Assembly: GCA_050948865.1 (NCBI GenBank) | Contig: JBMNEQ010000004.1 | Location: 62,477 to 126,476, forward strand | Direction: 5' to 3' | Length of the DNA stretch: 64,000 bases | Source of the DNA: Bacilli bacterium | Lineage (GTDB): Bacteria; Bacillota_I; Bacilli_A; RF39; UBA660 | Shown: positions 40,518 to 50,947 of the stretch, piece after piece | Layout of the letters: each line of letters opens with the position of its first letter | Numbering within the stretch: the stretch's first letter is position 1 | Translations under genes and position numbers: made by a program | Notes under the pieces: model-generated | The model's database searches: none | Seen by the model: the letters and a program-made list of their open reading frames with translations, nothing else | Told to the model about the DNA's origin: nothing

Positions 40518-41954
40518 ATGGGAACTAAAAAAGTAAAAGATATCACTGCTAAAGAAATAGATTTTGCTCAGTGGTATACAGACGTTGTTAAAAAAACTGA
40601 ATTGGTTGATTATTCAACTGTTAAGGGTTGTTTGATTATTAGACCCTATGGGTATGCAATTTGGGAAAATATTCAAAAATATCTTGATGCTAAATTTAAA
40701 GAAACTAATCATGAAAATGTTTATATGCCTTTATTTATTCCAGAAAGTTTATTAAATATGGAAAAAGAACATGTTGAAGGTTTTGCTCCTGAGGTAGCTT
40801 GGATTACTCATGGAGGAGATGATCAATTAATAGAAAGATTGTGTGTAAGACCAACTTCAGAAGTATTATTTTGTGATCATTATTCCAAGATAGTAAAATC
40901 TTATAGAGATTTACCTAAATTATATAATCAATGGTGTTCAGTAGTTAGATGGGAAAAAACAACAAGACCTTTTTTAAGATCAAGAGAATTTCTTTGGCAA
41001 GAAGGACATACCATTCATGCCACTAAAGAAGAAGCGATGGAAGAAACTTTAAGAATGTTAAATGTTTATGCTGACTTTTTAAAGGATTATTTAGCTATTC
41101 CAACTATTAAAGGAGAGAAAACTCCAAGTGAAAAATTTGCTGGGGCTTGGAATACTTTTACCATTGAAGGTTTAATGGATAATGGAGTTGCTTTACAAAT
41201 GGGAACTTCTCATTATTTTGGTGATAATTTTTCTAAACCTTTTAAGATAATTTTTACTAATGAATTTAATGAAGAAAAGTATGTTCATCAAACATCATGG
41301 GGTTTATCAACTAGAGTAATTGGCGGTTTAATCATGGTTCATGGTGATAATAATGGTTTAGTTTTACCACCAAATATTGCTCCAACGAAGATCGCGATTA
41401 TTCTTATTAATCCTAATTTAGAAGTTAAAGAAACAGCTATTAAAATTAAAGAAGAATTAACTAAAAATAATATTACTAATCTTTTAGATTTATCAGATAA
41501 AACACCTGGTTTTAAATTTTCTTTATATGAAATGAAAGGTTTTCCTCTTCGTTTAGAGCTCGGCCCAAAAGATTTATTAAATCAACAATGTGTTTTGGTG
41601 CGTCGTGATACAGGTGCTAAAAGTATAGTTTTAATAGAAAACTTAATTGAAGAAGTAAATAATTTATTAATGGATATTCAAAATAATTTATATGAAAAAG
41701 CTTTAAAAAGAAGAATGGAAAGGACTTTTGAGGTAAAAAATTTAAAGGAAATGAAAGAAATTATTGATAAAACTCCAGGTTTTATTAAAGCTTATTGGTG
41801 CGGAGATAAAGAGTGTGAAGAAAAGGTGAAAGAAGAAACAGGAGCTTCATCTAGATGTATTCCTTTAGAACAACCTTTAAATATGGGAACTACTAAATGT
41901 TTTGTCTGTGGTAAGAAAGCAACTAAATTAGTTTATTTTGGATTACAGTATTAA
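40518..41954 (+). CDS. proS: prolyl-tRNA synthetase (archaeal/eukaryotic-type short form)
   Basis: 478 aa with class II motifs and a C-terminal zinc-binding domain (CFVCGKKA). It lacks the bacterial insertion/editing domain. Confidence 0.9.
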   Translation: MGTKKVKDITAKEIDFAQWYTDVVKKTELVDYSTVKGCLIIRPYGYAIWENIQKYLDAKFKETNHENVYMPLFIPESLLNMEKEHVEGFAPEVAWITHGGDDQLIERLCVRPTSEVLFCDHYSKIVKSYRDLPKLYNQWCSVVRWEKTTRPFLRSREFLWQEGHTIHATKEEAMEETLRMLNVYADFLKDYLAIPTIKGEKTPSEKFAGAWNTFTIEGLMDNGVALQMGTSHYFGDNFSKPFKIIFTNEFNEEKYVHQTSWGLSTRVIGGLIMVHGDNNGLVLPPNIAPTKIAIILINPNLEVKETAIKIKEELTKNNITNLLDLSDKTPGFKFSLYEMKGFPLRLELGPKDLLNQQCVLVRRDTGAKSIVLIENLIEEVNNLLMDIQNNLYEKALKRRMERTFEVKNLKEMKEIIDKTPGFIKAYWCGDKECEEKVKEETGASSRCIPLEQPLNMGTTKCFVCGKKATKLVYFGLQY

Positions 41955-42015
41955 GTTATAAAACTTAAGGAAAAAAGATAAATCTTTAAAACTGTTCTTC
42001 ATTATACAACAAACC

Positions 42016-42058
42016 AAAAACGCACAAATCCTTTAATAATATAGGTTTGTGCGTTTTT
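42016..42058 (+). terminator. rho-independent terminator after proS
   Basis: 13-bp stem AAAAACGCACAAA...TTTGTGCGTTTTT. Confidence 0.75.
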
Positions 42059-42125
42059 ACTGTCAAACTTGAGTTGTTATAATTGAAATTATTTTGGATC
42101 TTAAATCATCCATGATATAATTTAA

Positions 42126-42767
42126 ATGGTGAACAAAATGAAGTTTAAGATAGATAATGATGTTTATGATGTTGTAATAAAAAAGAAAGATAATAAATAT
42201 TCCTATATTAGAGTTAAAGAAGATTTAAAGATTTATATTAATACTTCTAAAGAGATAACAGATAAAAAAATAAAGGAACTTTTAGAAGAAAATCAAGTTA
42301 AAATAAAAGGTTTTTTAGATAAAGAAAAGAAAAAGAAAAATGAAAGTTTAATGTTTTTAGGTAATCCTTTTGATATAGTTTTTGTTCCTTCTATTAAAGA
42401 ACCTTCATTAGAAGAGGGAATTCTTTTAATAAATGATTTAAATAAATTAGATTCTTTTTATAAAAAAATGGGTTTTAGAATATGTCAAGAAAGATTAGAT
42501 TTTTTTTATAATATTATAGAAGAAAAGATTCCATATCCGCAGTTAAAATTAAGAAAAATGAAAACTCGTTGGGGAGTATGTAATAGAAAAAATAATTCTA
42601 TTACTCTTAATTTGGAGTTATTAAAAAAAGAAATTAAATTTTTAGATTATGTTTTAGTTCATGAACTATGTCATTTTGTTCATTTTAATCATTCTAAAGA
42701 TTTTTGGTTATTAGTTTCTAAATATATAAAAGATTATAAAAAATTAAGAAAGGAAATTAAAGAATAA
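42126..42767 (+). CDS. YgjP-like (DUF45, WLM-type) metal-dependent hydrolase
   Basis: YVLVHELCHFVHFNHSKDFW zincin-like motif. A start at ATG 42138 has the better RBS. Confidence 0.7.
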   Translation: MVNKMKFKIDNDVYDVVIKKKDNKYSYIRVKEDLKIYINTSKEITDKKIKELLEENQVKIKGFLDKEKKKKNESLMFLGNPFDIVFVPSIKEPSLEEGILLINDLNKLDSFYKKMGFRICQERLDFFYNIIEEKIPYPQLKLRKMKTRWGVCNRKNNSITLNLELLKKEIKFLDYVLVHELCHFVHFNHSKDFWLLVSKYIKDYKKLRKEIKE

Positions 42768-43501
42768 TGTTAATTACATCACCTAATAATGAAAAAGTTA
42801 AAGAATGGAAAAGGTTAAAGGATCGAAAGTATCGTTTAAAACAAAAAAAGTTTTTAGTCGAGGGTCAGCATTTGGTTTTAGAGGCTTATAAAGAAGGTTA
42901 TATTGATACTTTGATTTTAGAGCAAAATGAGTTATTACCTCTTAATGTTGAAACAGTTTATGTTAGTAATGAAGTAATTAATTCTTTATCTGATTTAGAA
43001 TCAATTGCTACTGTAATGGCAGTTTGTAATTTCCCTAAAGAAGCAGAAACTTTTGGGAATGGTCTTTTAGTTATTGATGAAATTCAAGATCCTGGTAATT
43101 TAGGAATGATTATTAGAAGTGCTGTTGCTTTTAATATAGAAACAATTATTATTGGAAAAAATACGGTCGATGTTTTTAATCCTAAATGTATTAGGGCTAC
43201 TCAAGGGATGATTTTTCATATTAATATACTTCATCAAGATTTATTTGATTTTCTTCCTTATTTATCAGATTTAGGTTATTTTATTTTAGGAACTAAAGTA
43301 ACACATGGTAAAAAAGTAGAAGAATTACCGAATTTAACTAAATATGCTTTAGTGGTAGGTAATGAAGGAAATGGCATCAGAGAAGAAATATTAGATTTAT
43401 GTGATGACTTTGTTTATATTGAAATGAATAGCGTTTGTGAATCCTTGAATGTTTCTGTAGCTTCCAGTATAATATTAAACCAACTGCATAATAGAAGGTG
43501 A
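42767..43501 (+). CDS. TrmH/SpoU-family RNA 2'-O-methyltransferase
   Basis: SPOUT motifs (DPGNLGMIIRSAVAFN, LVVGNEGNGI). Confidence 0.8.
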   Translation: MLITSPNNEKVKEWKRLKDRKYRLKQKKFLVEGQHLVLEAYKEGYIDTLILEQNELLPLNVETVYVSNEVINSLSDLESIATVMAVCNFPKEAETFGNGLLVIDEIQDPGNLGMIIRSAVAFNIETIIIGKNTVDVFNPKCIRATQGMIFHINILHQDLFDFLPYLSDLGYFILGTKVTHGKKVEELPNLTKYALVVGNEGNGIREEILDLCDDFVYIEMNSVCESLNVSVASSIILNQLHNRR

Positions 43502-43504
43502 AAT

Positions 43505-43981
43505 ATGGATTTATTATTAATTGGAAAATATGTTAATACTCATGGTCTTAAAGGAGAAATAAGAATAATTTCTGATTTTCGTTTTAAAAGTTTAATTTTT
43601 CAAGCGGGAAAAATTATTTATATAGGAAAAGATAAAAATCCTTTTATTATTAAAAAACATCGAGTTCATAAAAATTATGATTTACTTTCTTTTAAAAACA
43701 TATCTAATATTAATGAAATTGAAGATCTTAAAAATAGTTTAGTTTATATTGATCAATCTTTATTTGATTTTGATATTCCTCCTATTGAAACTCTAATAGG
43801 ATATAAGATTTATTTTAAAAAGGAATTTATAGGAACAGTGATTGATTATTATAAAGAAAAAGCTTATGATATTTTGGTAGTAAGTGAAAGAAGAATGAAA
43901 ATCCCTTATATTGATGTTTTTATTAAAGAAATATTAAAAACAGAGAAAAAAATATATTTAAAAAAGAAGGGGGTTTATTAA
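43505..43981 (+). CDS. rimM: 16S rRNA processing protein RimM
   Basis: IGKYVNTHGLKGEIRI N-terminal motif plus PRC barrel. Upstream of trmD. Confidence 0.85.
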   Translation: MDLLLIGKYVNTHGLKGEIRIISDFRFKSLIFQAGKIIYIGKDKNPFIIKKHRVHKNYDLLSFKNISNINEIEDLKNSLVYIDQSLFDFDIPPIETLIGYKIYFKKEFIGTVIDYYKEKAYDILVVSERRMKIPYIDVFIKEILKTEKKIYLKKKGVY

Positions 43982-45081
43982 TGAAGATAGATATTTTAAC
44001 TTTATTTCCTAATATGTATGAAGGCTTTTTAAAGGAATCTATTATTAAAAGAGCAATTTTGAATGAAAAGGTTAAAATTGATATTCATAATATTCGTGAT
44101 TATAGTTTAGATAAACATAAACGGGTTGATGATATTCCTTATGGTGGGGGTCAAGGAATGATTCTTATGTGTCAACCGATATATGATGCTCTTTTGGAAT
44201 TAAGAAAAGAAAAGACAAAAGTAATTTTATTATCTCCGCAGGGAGTTTTATACAATCAAAAGATTGCTTATCGTTTAAGTCAAGAAAAACATTTAATTCT
44301 TATCAGTGGTCATTATGAAGGCTTTGATGAACGAATTACCTCGATGGTTGATATGGAACTTAGTATTGGGGATTATATTCTAACAGGAGGGGAATTACCT
44401 AGTATGGTTGTAACTGATAGTATCGTTCGTTTGGTTCCTGGTGTTATTACTCAAGAGTCACATTTAAAAGAATCTTTTAATGATGATTTATTAGATTATC
44501 CTAACTATACAAAACCAAGGAACTTTCAAGGTAAAAAAGTGCCAGAGATATTATTAAGTGGACATCATCAAAATATAGAAAAATGGAGACAAACAGAAAG
44601 AATAATTAAAACTATGGAAAAACGTCCTGATTTAATAAAAAAGAAAAATAGTTATGTTTTAATAAAGGATCAATTAAATAAAGAAGTGTTTTATTTAGAA
44701 TATGAAAAATTAGAAGGATTAAACTTTATGCCGAGAAATAATCCTAAAAGAGAAGATGTTATTAATGTGACAAAAATGATTTTAGTTAAAGATACTTTTA
44801 TTAATAAAGTAATTAAGATTAAAATAGAAAGAAAGTTAGAATCTTTTATTGAACGTTTACATGAATTAGAGGAAGAAATTGATGAAGAAGATGAAGATGT
44901 TTTAATTAAAGAAATAGAAAGATATCACCAGTATTTAATAGTAAATTATCTTCGGTATTTAAAGAAGGAATATCAGGAATTAGTTTTGCAAAAAATACAA
45001 TTATTACTTAATGAATTAAAAATGAAAAGGAATTTAAGATTAAATGTTAAAGCTGAAGAAAAACCTAAAAAAGGTAAATGA
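43981..45081 (+). CDS. trmD: tRNA (guanine37-N1)-methyltransferase with an unusual ~120-aa charged C-terminal extension
   Basis: MKIDILTLFP... and the SPOUT core up to about residue 245. The remainder is a K/E-rich, coiled-coil-like tail. Confidence 0.9.
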   Translation: MKIDILTLFPNMYEGFLKESIIKRAILNEKVKIDIHNIRDYSLDKHKRVDDIPYGGGQGMILMCQPIYDALLELRKEKTKVILLSPQGVLYNQKIAYRLSQEKHLILISGHYEGFDERITSMVDMELSIGDYILTGGELPSMVVTDSIVRLVPGVITQESHLKESFNDDLLDYPNYTKPRNFQGKKVPEILLSGHHQNIEKWRQTERIIKTMEKRPDLIKKKNSYVLIKDQLNKEVFYLEYEKLEGLNFMPRNNPKREDVINVTKMILVKDTFINKVIKIKIERKLESFIERLHELEEEIDEEDEDVLIKEIERYHQYLIVNYLRYLKKEYQELVLQKIQLLLNELKMKRNLRLNVKAEEKPKKGK

Positions 45082-45180
45082 TAGTTGTTATTTATTTTAG
45101 AGTATGTTAAAATTTAAACTATTGAAAAGCAATCCGCTGGAGTTTAATTTATGATTGTTAGATAGAAAGGAAGAGATTAG

Positions 45181-45519
45181 ATGGGGATTATTGAAAAAAT
45201 AACTAAAGAACAAATTAATCCAAATATTCCTCCTTTTAGAGTGGGAGATACTGTTTTGGTTAATGTTAAAATTACTGAAGGAAAAAGGGAACGTCTTCAG
45301 GCATTTGAAGGTCTTGTGATCTCTAAAAAAGGTGGTGGGGTCAGTGAAACTTTCACAGTAAGAAAGAAATCAGGAGGAATTGGTGTAGAAAGAACTTTCC
45401 CTGTTAATTCACCTCGTATTGGTGGGGTAGAAGTTGTTAAAAAAGGAAAAGTAAGAAGAGCCAAATTAAATTTCTTACGTAGTAAAATTGGACAATATAA
45501 AATAAAAGAAAGAGATTAA
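45181..45519 (+). CDS. rplS: 50S ribosomal protein L19
   Basis: Canonical L19 sequence ([29 protein letters not shown]). Confidence 0.95.
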   Translation: MGIIEKITKEQINPNIPPFRVGDTVLVNVKITEGKRERLQAFEGLVISKKGGGVSETFTVRKKSGGIGVERTFPVNSPRIGGVEVVKKGKVRRAKLNFLRSKIGQYKIKERD

Positions 45520-45543
45520 ATAAGGCAGTAAGCCTTATTTTTG
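45518..45543 (+). terminator. rho-independent terminator after rplS
   Basis: AAATAAGGC-agtaa-GCCTTATTT followed by TT. Confidence 0.7.
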
Positions 45544-45551
45544 GTGAAACC

Positions 45552-46061
45552 ATGAAAATTACAAAAACTTTTTTAGAATACTTTATCTTAATTTTAATAG
45601 TAGTTTTTATTCGTGCTTTTATTATTACTCCTGTTCAAGTCAATGGAGATTCTATGAAGGAGACAATTCATCATAATGATATTTTGCTTTTAAATAAATT
45701 AAATTCTCATCCCAAGAAGTTAAAACGTTTTGATATTATTGTTTTTAATTATTATAATGAAGCTTTAATTAAAAGAGTTATTGGTTTACCTGGAGAATCT
45801 ATTGAATATAAAGATAATAAATTATTGGTTGATGGAAAACAGATTAAAGAACCACTTTCCTTTGGAAAAATTAGTAATTTTAGTTTGCGTTATATTGGAT
45901 CTGGATATGAAAAGGTTCCAGAAGGAATGTATTTTGTTTTAGGGGATAATCGAAATAATTCAACTGATAGTAGAACTATTGGTTTTGTTTCTAAAAAAGA
46001 TATTCAAGGTAAAGTGAATTTTATTTTATTTCCTTTTAAGCGGTTTGGTTATGTAAAGTAA
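45552..46061 (+). CDS. lepB: signal peptidase I
   Basis: Ser/Lys dyad motifs (GDSMKETI; KRVIGLPGE) and the GDNRNNSTDSR box. Confidence 0.9.
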   Translation: MKITKTFLEYFILILIVVFIRAFIITPVQVNGDSMKETIHHNDILLLNKLNSHPKKLKRFDIIVFNYYNEALIKRVIGLPGESIEYKDNKLLVDGKQIKEPLSFGKISNFSLRYIGSGYEKVPEGMYFVLGDNRNNSTDSRTIGFVSKKDIQGKVNFILFPFKRFGYVK

Positions 46062-46070
46062 GGTGGTAAT

Positions 46071-46937
46071 ATGAAAATTAATTGGTATCCAGGGCATATG
46101 TTAAAAACAAAGAAAATGATTAAAGAAAAGATTAATCTAATTGATGTTGTTTATGAAGTGCTTGATGCAAGGATTCCTTATTCTTCAAAATTAGAAGATA
46201 TTGATGATTATCTTTTATCTAAACCCAGGTTACTTATTTTAACTAAAAGTGATTTATGTGATTTAAAAGAGACTAATAAATGGATTAAATATTATGAAGA
46301 AAAAGGTTATAAAGTTGTTTTAGTTGATCTTTTAAGACAAGTTAATCTAGATAAAATCTTTTTTAAAACTAAGGAATTAATGAAACCTTTTAATGAAAAA
46401 AGATTACAAAAAGGTTTACAAGTAAAAAGTACACGTGTTTTGGTTATTGGGATACCTAATGTTGGAAAGTCTACTCTTATTAATCAATTAGTTGGTAAAA
46501 AGGTTGTTAAGGTGGGAAATAAACCAGGCCTAACTAAAAGTTTAACTTGGATAAGGCTTAAAGAAAACATTGAATTATTAGATAGTCCTGGTATTCTTTG
46601 GCCGAAACTAAAAGAGAAAACAGAAGCTTTAAATTTAGGGGTAACTTTATCAATTAAAAAAGAAATTCTTCCTTTAGAAAATATTTGTCAGTATTTATTA
46701 ATATTTTTAAATAAATACTATTATAATGCTTTAAAAGAATATTATAATATTGATCAAGTTAATAAAGAAAACATCCTTGAGGTTTTTAAACAAATAGGTA
46801 AACAAAAAGGTTTATTAATAAAGGGTGGTGAAGTAGATTATAATCAAGTATTTATTATAATTTTAAAGGATTTTAATGAAGGCAAATTAGGTTTAATAAC
46901 CTTAGATAGATATAATAAAGAGGTGATAGAAAAATGA
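46071..46937 (+). CDS. rbgA: ribosome biogenesis GTPase A (YlqF/RbgA)
   Basis: Circularly permuted GTPase (MKINWYPGHM..., GIPNVGKST). Conserved lepB-rbgA-rnhB order. Confidence 0.9.
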   Translation: MKINWYPGHMLKTKKMIKEKINLIDVVYEVLDARIPYSSKLEDIDDYLLSKPRLLILTKSDLCDLKETNKWIKYYEEKGYKVVLVDLLRQVNLDKIFFKTKELMKPFNEKRLQKGLQVKSTRVLVIGIPNVGKSTLINQLVGKKVVKVGNKPGLTKSLTWIRLKENIELLDSPGILWPKLKEKTEALNLGVTLSIKKEILPLENICQYLLIFLNKYYYNALKEYYNIDQVNKENILEVFKQIGKQKGLLIKGGEVDYNQVFIIILKDFNEGKLGLITLDRYNKEVIEK

Positions 46938-47749
46938 AAAGTTCTTTTTTAAAAAAGTTAGAGAAAGGCTTAAATTTAATTGCTAAAGATGAACGAGAAA
47001 AGATTATAAAAAAATATGAAAAAGAAATTGATAAATTAATCAAAGAAGGTTTTAAAGAAAAAGAAGCAGTATCATCTTTAGGAAATGTTGATGTTCTTAT
47101 TTCAAAAGTTTTAGGAGAATATAAAATTTCTTCAAAATATATTAAAAAAATGGAAGATAAAAAAATAAGGGGTTTAGAAGCAGTGATTAATGATTTTGTG
47201 GAATTAATTATTTCTTTTGTGAATCGTTTTATGGAACAAGATATTAAAAGAATTATGGAAATTTTTTTATATATTTTGATTTTTATCCTTATTTTTTGGT
47301 TATTAAAAATACCATTTTTTATAATAGAAGTAATTGGGATTGGTTTTCTTCGAATGTTTAGTTATCCTTTAGGATTAGATTTAACACGTCTTTGGAGTTT
47401 CTTTATTTCTTTAATTTATTTATTCTTAATTATTTATACTCTTGTTGTTATTGCTAGAAGAATGGAAAAAGGAAATATTAAATTTTCTCCTAAAGAAGTA
47501 TTAAAAGAACAAAAAAAGGTTTCTAATGTTTTATTAATTTTAATTAAGATTTTTGCTTTATTAGGAGTTATTCCTTTAATCCTTCTACAATTAACTTTCT
47601 TAATAATTTTAGGTTTATTAATTGGTTTAATGATTAAAGGGGTTTTAATTTTAGGACCAATTTTAATAATTTTCGCTTTTTTAATTATTATTGGTAGTTT
47701 TATTAATTTAGTATTTACTTTTATTTTTAGTAAAGGGGGATTAGACTAA
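46934..47749 (+). CDS. DUF1700-like membrane protein
   Basis: N-terminal soluble helix pattern (FLKKLEKGL...EREKIIKKYE...LGNVD) followed by 4-5 TM helices. Confidence 0.45.
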   Translation: MKSSFLKKLEKGLNLIAKDEREKIIKKYEKEIDKLIKEGFKEKEAVSSLGNVDVLISKVLGEYKISSKYIKKMEDKKIRGLEAVINDFVELIISFVNRFMEQDIKRIMEIFLYILIFILIFWLLKIPFFIIEVIGIGFLRMFSYPLGLDLTRLWSFFISLIYLFLIIYTLVVIARRMEKGNIKFSPKEVLKEQKKVSNVLLILIKIFALLGVIPLILLQLTFLIILGLLIGLMIKGVLILGPILIIFAFLIIIGSFINLVFTFIFSKGGLD

Positions 47750-48237
47750 TGAAAAATTATAATTTTCCTTTATTAATTGGGGGTCTGTTATTAGTTGTTG
47801 GAATGGTTTTAACAATTTTAGATTTTTATCGTTTTGAATATTTAAATACTTTACCAGAAATGGATTTATCAATCAGAGAAATAGAAATTTATGAAAGATT
47901 TGATGATAAGGAATTTCGTTTTAATAAAAAAACAGCTTTAGTTAATATAATTGAAGATCCTTGCCTAGAAGAAGATGAATTATTAATTAAGATAATTTAT
48001 TATAATGATTTTGCTACTTTAAGTAAAACGATGGATGAAACTTTTAATTATAAAAAATTAAATATTGAATTAAGCTATGATGATATTGTTAGTTCTTCTT
48101 TTAAAAAGGTTTTAACGAAAGGGTTTATTAATTTACGTCAAGGAAAAATTTATAATTATAGTTTATTATTTAAACCGACAATTGATGTTTATGTTAATAA
48201 AAATGATTATAAGAGAATAAAGATAATGAACTATTAA
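47749..48237 (+). CDS. hypothetical membrane-anchored protein
   Basis: N-terminal TM and a start coupled to the upstream stop. No family recognised. Confidence 0.35.
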   Translation: MKNYNFPLLIGGLLLVVGMVLTILDFYRFEYLNTLPEMDLSIREIEIYERFDDKEFRFNKKTALVNIIEDPCLEEDELLIKIIYYNDFATLSKTMDETFNYKKLNIELSYDDIVSSSFKKVLTKGFINLRQGKIYNYSLLFKPTIDVYVNKNDYKRIKIMNY

Positions 48238-48260
48238 TTTATTATTTTAGAGGAGTGAAG

Positions 48261-48881
48261 ATGGAGGATTTATATAAATATGAACGAGTTTTATATGAAC
48301 AGGGAATTAAATATATTGGTGGTGTTGATGAAGTAGGAAGGGGCCCTTTAATTGGTCCTGTTGTTAGTGCTTGTGTTATTTTACCTCAACATTTTTCTTT
48401 AGAAGGGTTAACTGATTCTAAAAAGATTTCTTCTTTTAAAAGAGAAGAATTTTATCAGATTATAAAGAAGGAAGCTTTAGCGATTGGAATTGGTTTTGTG
48501 GATGCGAAAATAATTGATGAGATTAATATTTTAGAAGCTTCTAAAAAATCAATGGAAATAGCAATAAAGAATCTTCATCATCCTATAGAACATGTTTTAA
48601 TTGATGCTTTAACTTTAGATTTAGATGTTCCTTCAACCTCTATTATAAAAGGAGATAGTAAAAGTATTTCTATTGCTGCAGCATCAGTTATTGCTAAAGT
48701 TACTAGAGATAATTATATGATAGAATTAGGAAAAAAGTATCCTTTATATGGTTTTCAATATCATAAAGGATATCCTACTAAAAGACATTTAGAAGCTATA
48801 GAAAAATATGGTTTAATTGAAGAATATCGTTTAACTTATAAACCTATTCAAAAAGTAATGAGGAAAAAGGTTAGAAGTTAA
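48261..48881 (+). CDS. rnhB: ribonuclease HII
   Basis: GVDEVGRGPLIGPVV active-site motif. GGAG RBS before ATG 48261. Confidence 0.9.
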   Translation: MEDLYKYERVLYEQGIKYIGGVDEVGRGPLIGPVVSACVILPQHFSLEGLTDSKKISSFKREEFYQIIKKEALAIGIGFVDAKIIDEINILEASKKSMEIAIKNLHHPIEHVLIDALTLDLDVPSTSIIKGDSKSISIAAASVIAKVTRDNYMIELGKKYPLYGFQYHKGYPTKRHLEAIEKYGLIEEYRLTYKPIQKVMRKKVRS

Positions 48882-48913
48882 AGAATAATATAATAAAGAG
48901 AAAGGAAGATTAG

Positions 48914-50935
48914 ATGGGTAAAAGTCTTGTTATCGTAGAATCACCTAGTAAATCTAAAACAATTGAAAAATATTTAGGAAAAGACTATAAAGTAGTTTCT
49001 AGTAAAGGCCATATTCGGGATTTAGCAACTACTGGTAAATATGGATTAGGAGTTGACTTAGAAGATAATTTTAAACCTACTTATAAACCAATAAAAGGGA
49101 AAAAAACTATTATTGAAGAATTAAAAAAAGAAGCTTTAAAGCATGAAAAGGTCTTTTTAGCGACTGATCCTGACCGTGAAGGAGAAGCAATTAGTTGGCA
49201 TTTAAAAGAGGCTTTAGAATTAAAGGATAATACTTATGAAAGAGTTGTTTTTAATGAAATAACAAAAGATGTTATTCAGAAGGCTTTTTTAAATCCGAAA
49301 AAGATAGATGATGATTTAGTTCGTTCTCAGGAAACTAGAAGAATACTAGATCGGATTATTGGTTTTCGTTTAAGTAAATTAATGCAATCAAAAACAGGTG
49401 GGAAAAGTGCTGGTCGGGTTCAAAGTGTTGCTTTAAAATTAATTGTTGATAAAGAAAAAGAAATTAATGATTTTAAAGAAGAAGAATATTGGACTATTAC
49501 AGCTAAATTTAATGATTTTGAAGCTTTCTTAGAAAAGTATCAAGATCAAAAGATAACAATTAAAAATGAATTAGAAGCAAAAGAGATTATAGATAAATTA
49601 TCTAAAGCTTTTAATTTAAAAGACATTGAAAAAGTTACTAAAAATAGAAATCCAAAGATGCCTTTTATTACAAGTACTTTACAACAAGAAGCGAGTAATA
49701 AATTAAATTTTAGTCCTAAAAAAACTATGATGATTGCTCAAAAATTATATGAGGGAATAGATTTAGAAAAAGAAACAACAGGTTTAATAACATATATGAG
49801 AACTGATTCTACTAGATTAGGAGATGAATTTACTAAAAATACTTTTTCTTATATAGAAACAAATTATGGAAAAGAATATTTAGGCATTAAAAGAGGGAAG
49901 AAGAAAAAGGATAATGTTCAAGATGCTCATGAAGCAATTAGACCAACGAATATTAATTATCATCCTTTAAAAATAAAAAATTATTTAAAAGAAGATGAAT
50001 ATAAATTATATTGTTTAATATATAAACGTGCTTTAGCTTCTTTAATGAAAGCGGCGAAAGTTAATCAAACAACTGTTTTTTTAGAAAATAATGATTATTT
50101 ATTTAAAGCTAGTGGTCAAACATTAATATTTGATGGTTATTTAAAAGTTTATGGAGATTATGAACAAAGTGAAGAAAAGGAATTACCACCTTTAGATAAA
50201 TATAAAAGTAATGTTTTAGTCGCGAATGAAATAATTAAAGAACAACATTTTACTAAACCTCCAGCTAGATATACAGCAGCAAAATTAATAAAGGAACTAG
50301 AAGAATTAGGAATAGGAAGACCTTCGACTTATTCTAAAATTATTGATACTTTAAATGAAAGAAGTTATGTAAGTATTATTAAAAAAAGTTTTCATCCGAC
50401 AGAAATAGGAATAGAAACTACTAATAAATTACAAGAATTTTTTAGTAGTATTATTAATGTTAAATATACAGCCGAAATGGAAACTTCTTTAGATAAAATA
50501 GCTTTAGGAAAAGAAGAGTGGACGAAGTTATTAACGCTTTTTTATAGTGAATTTGAACCAATAGTTCAAAAGGCTTTTGAAGAAATGGAAAAAAAAGAAC
50601 CAGAATATACAGGAGAAAATTGTCCAGAGTGTAATCAACCCTTAGTTATAAAGAATGGTAAATATGGAGCCTTTGTAGCTTGTAGTGGTTTTCCTAAATG
50701 TAAATATATAAAAAAAGAACCAAAAGAATTAAAAAAGATAACAGATTGTCCAAAGTGTGGTGGAGATATAGTGGAAAAGAAAACTAAAAGAGGAAAGATA
50801 TTTTATGGATGCGCTAATTATCCAAAATGCACTTATGCTACATGGGATAAACCAACTGGGGAATTATGTCCTACATGTAATAATTTATTAGTTTTAAAAA
50901 AGGATAAAGTAATTTGTCCAGAATGTGATAAATAG
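48914..50935 (+). CDS. topA: DNA topoisomerase I
   Basis: TOPRIM N-terminus (LVIVESPSKSKTIEKYLG), active-site Tyr region and three C-terminal C4 zinc ribbons. Confidence 0.95.
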   Translation: MGKSLVIVESPSKSKTIEKYLGKDYKVVSSKGHIRDLATTGKYGLGVDLEDNFKPTYKPIKGKKTIIEELKKEALKHEKVFLATDPDREGEAISWHLKEALELKDNTYERVVFNEITKDVIQKAFLNPKKIDDDLVRSQETRRILDRIIGFRLSKLMQSKTGGKSAGRVQSVALKLIVDKEKEINDFKEEEYWTITAKFNDFEAFLEKYQDQKITIKNELEAKEIIDKLSKAFNLKDIEKVTKNRNPKMPFITSTLQQEASNKLNFSPKKTMMIAQKLYEGIDLEKETTGLITYMRTDSTRLGDEFTKNTFSYIETNYGKEYLGIKRGKKKKDNVQDAHEAIRPTNINYHPLKIKNYLKEDEYKLYCLIYKRALASLMKAAKVNQTTVFLENNDYLFKASGQTLIFDGYLKVYGDYEQSEEKELPPLDKYKSNVLVANEIIKEQHFTKPPARYTAAKLIKELEELGIGRPSTYSKIIDTLNERSYVSIIKKSFHPTEIGIETTNKLQEFFSSIINVKYTAEMETSLDKIALGKEEWTKLLTLFYSEFEPIVQKAFEEMEKKEPEYTGENCPECNQPLVIKNGKYGAFVACSGFPKCKYIKKEPKELKKITDCPKCGGDIVEKKTKRGKIFYGCANYPKCTYATWDKPTGELCPTCNNLLVLKKDKVICPECDK

Positions 50936-50947
50936 AAGGAGATAAAA

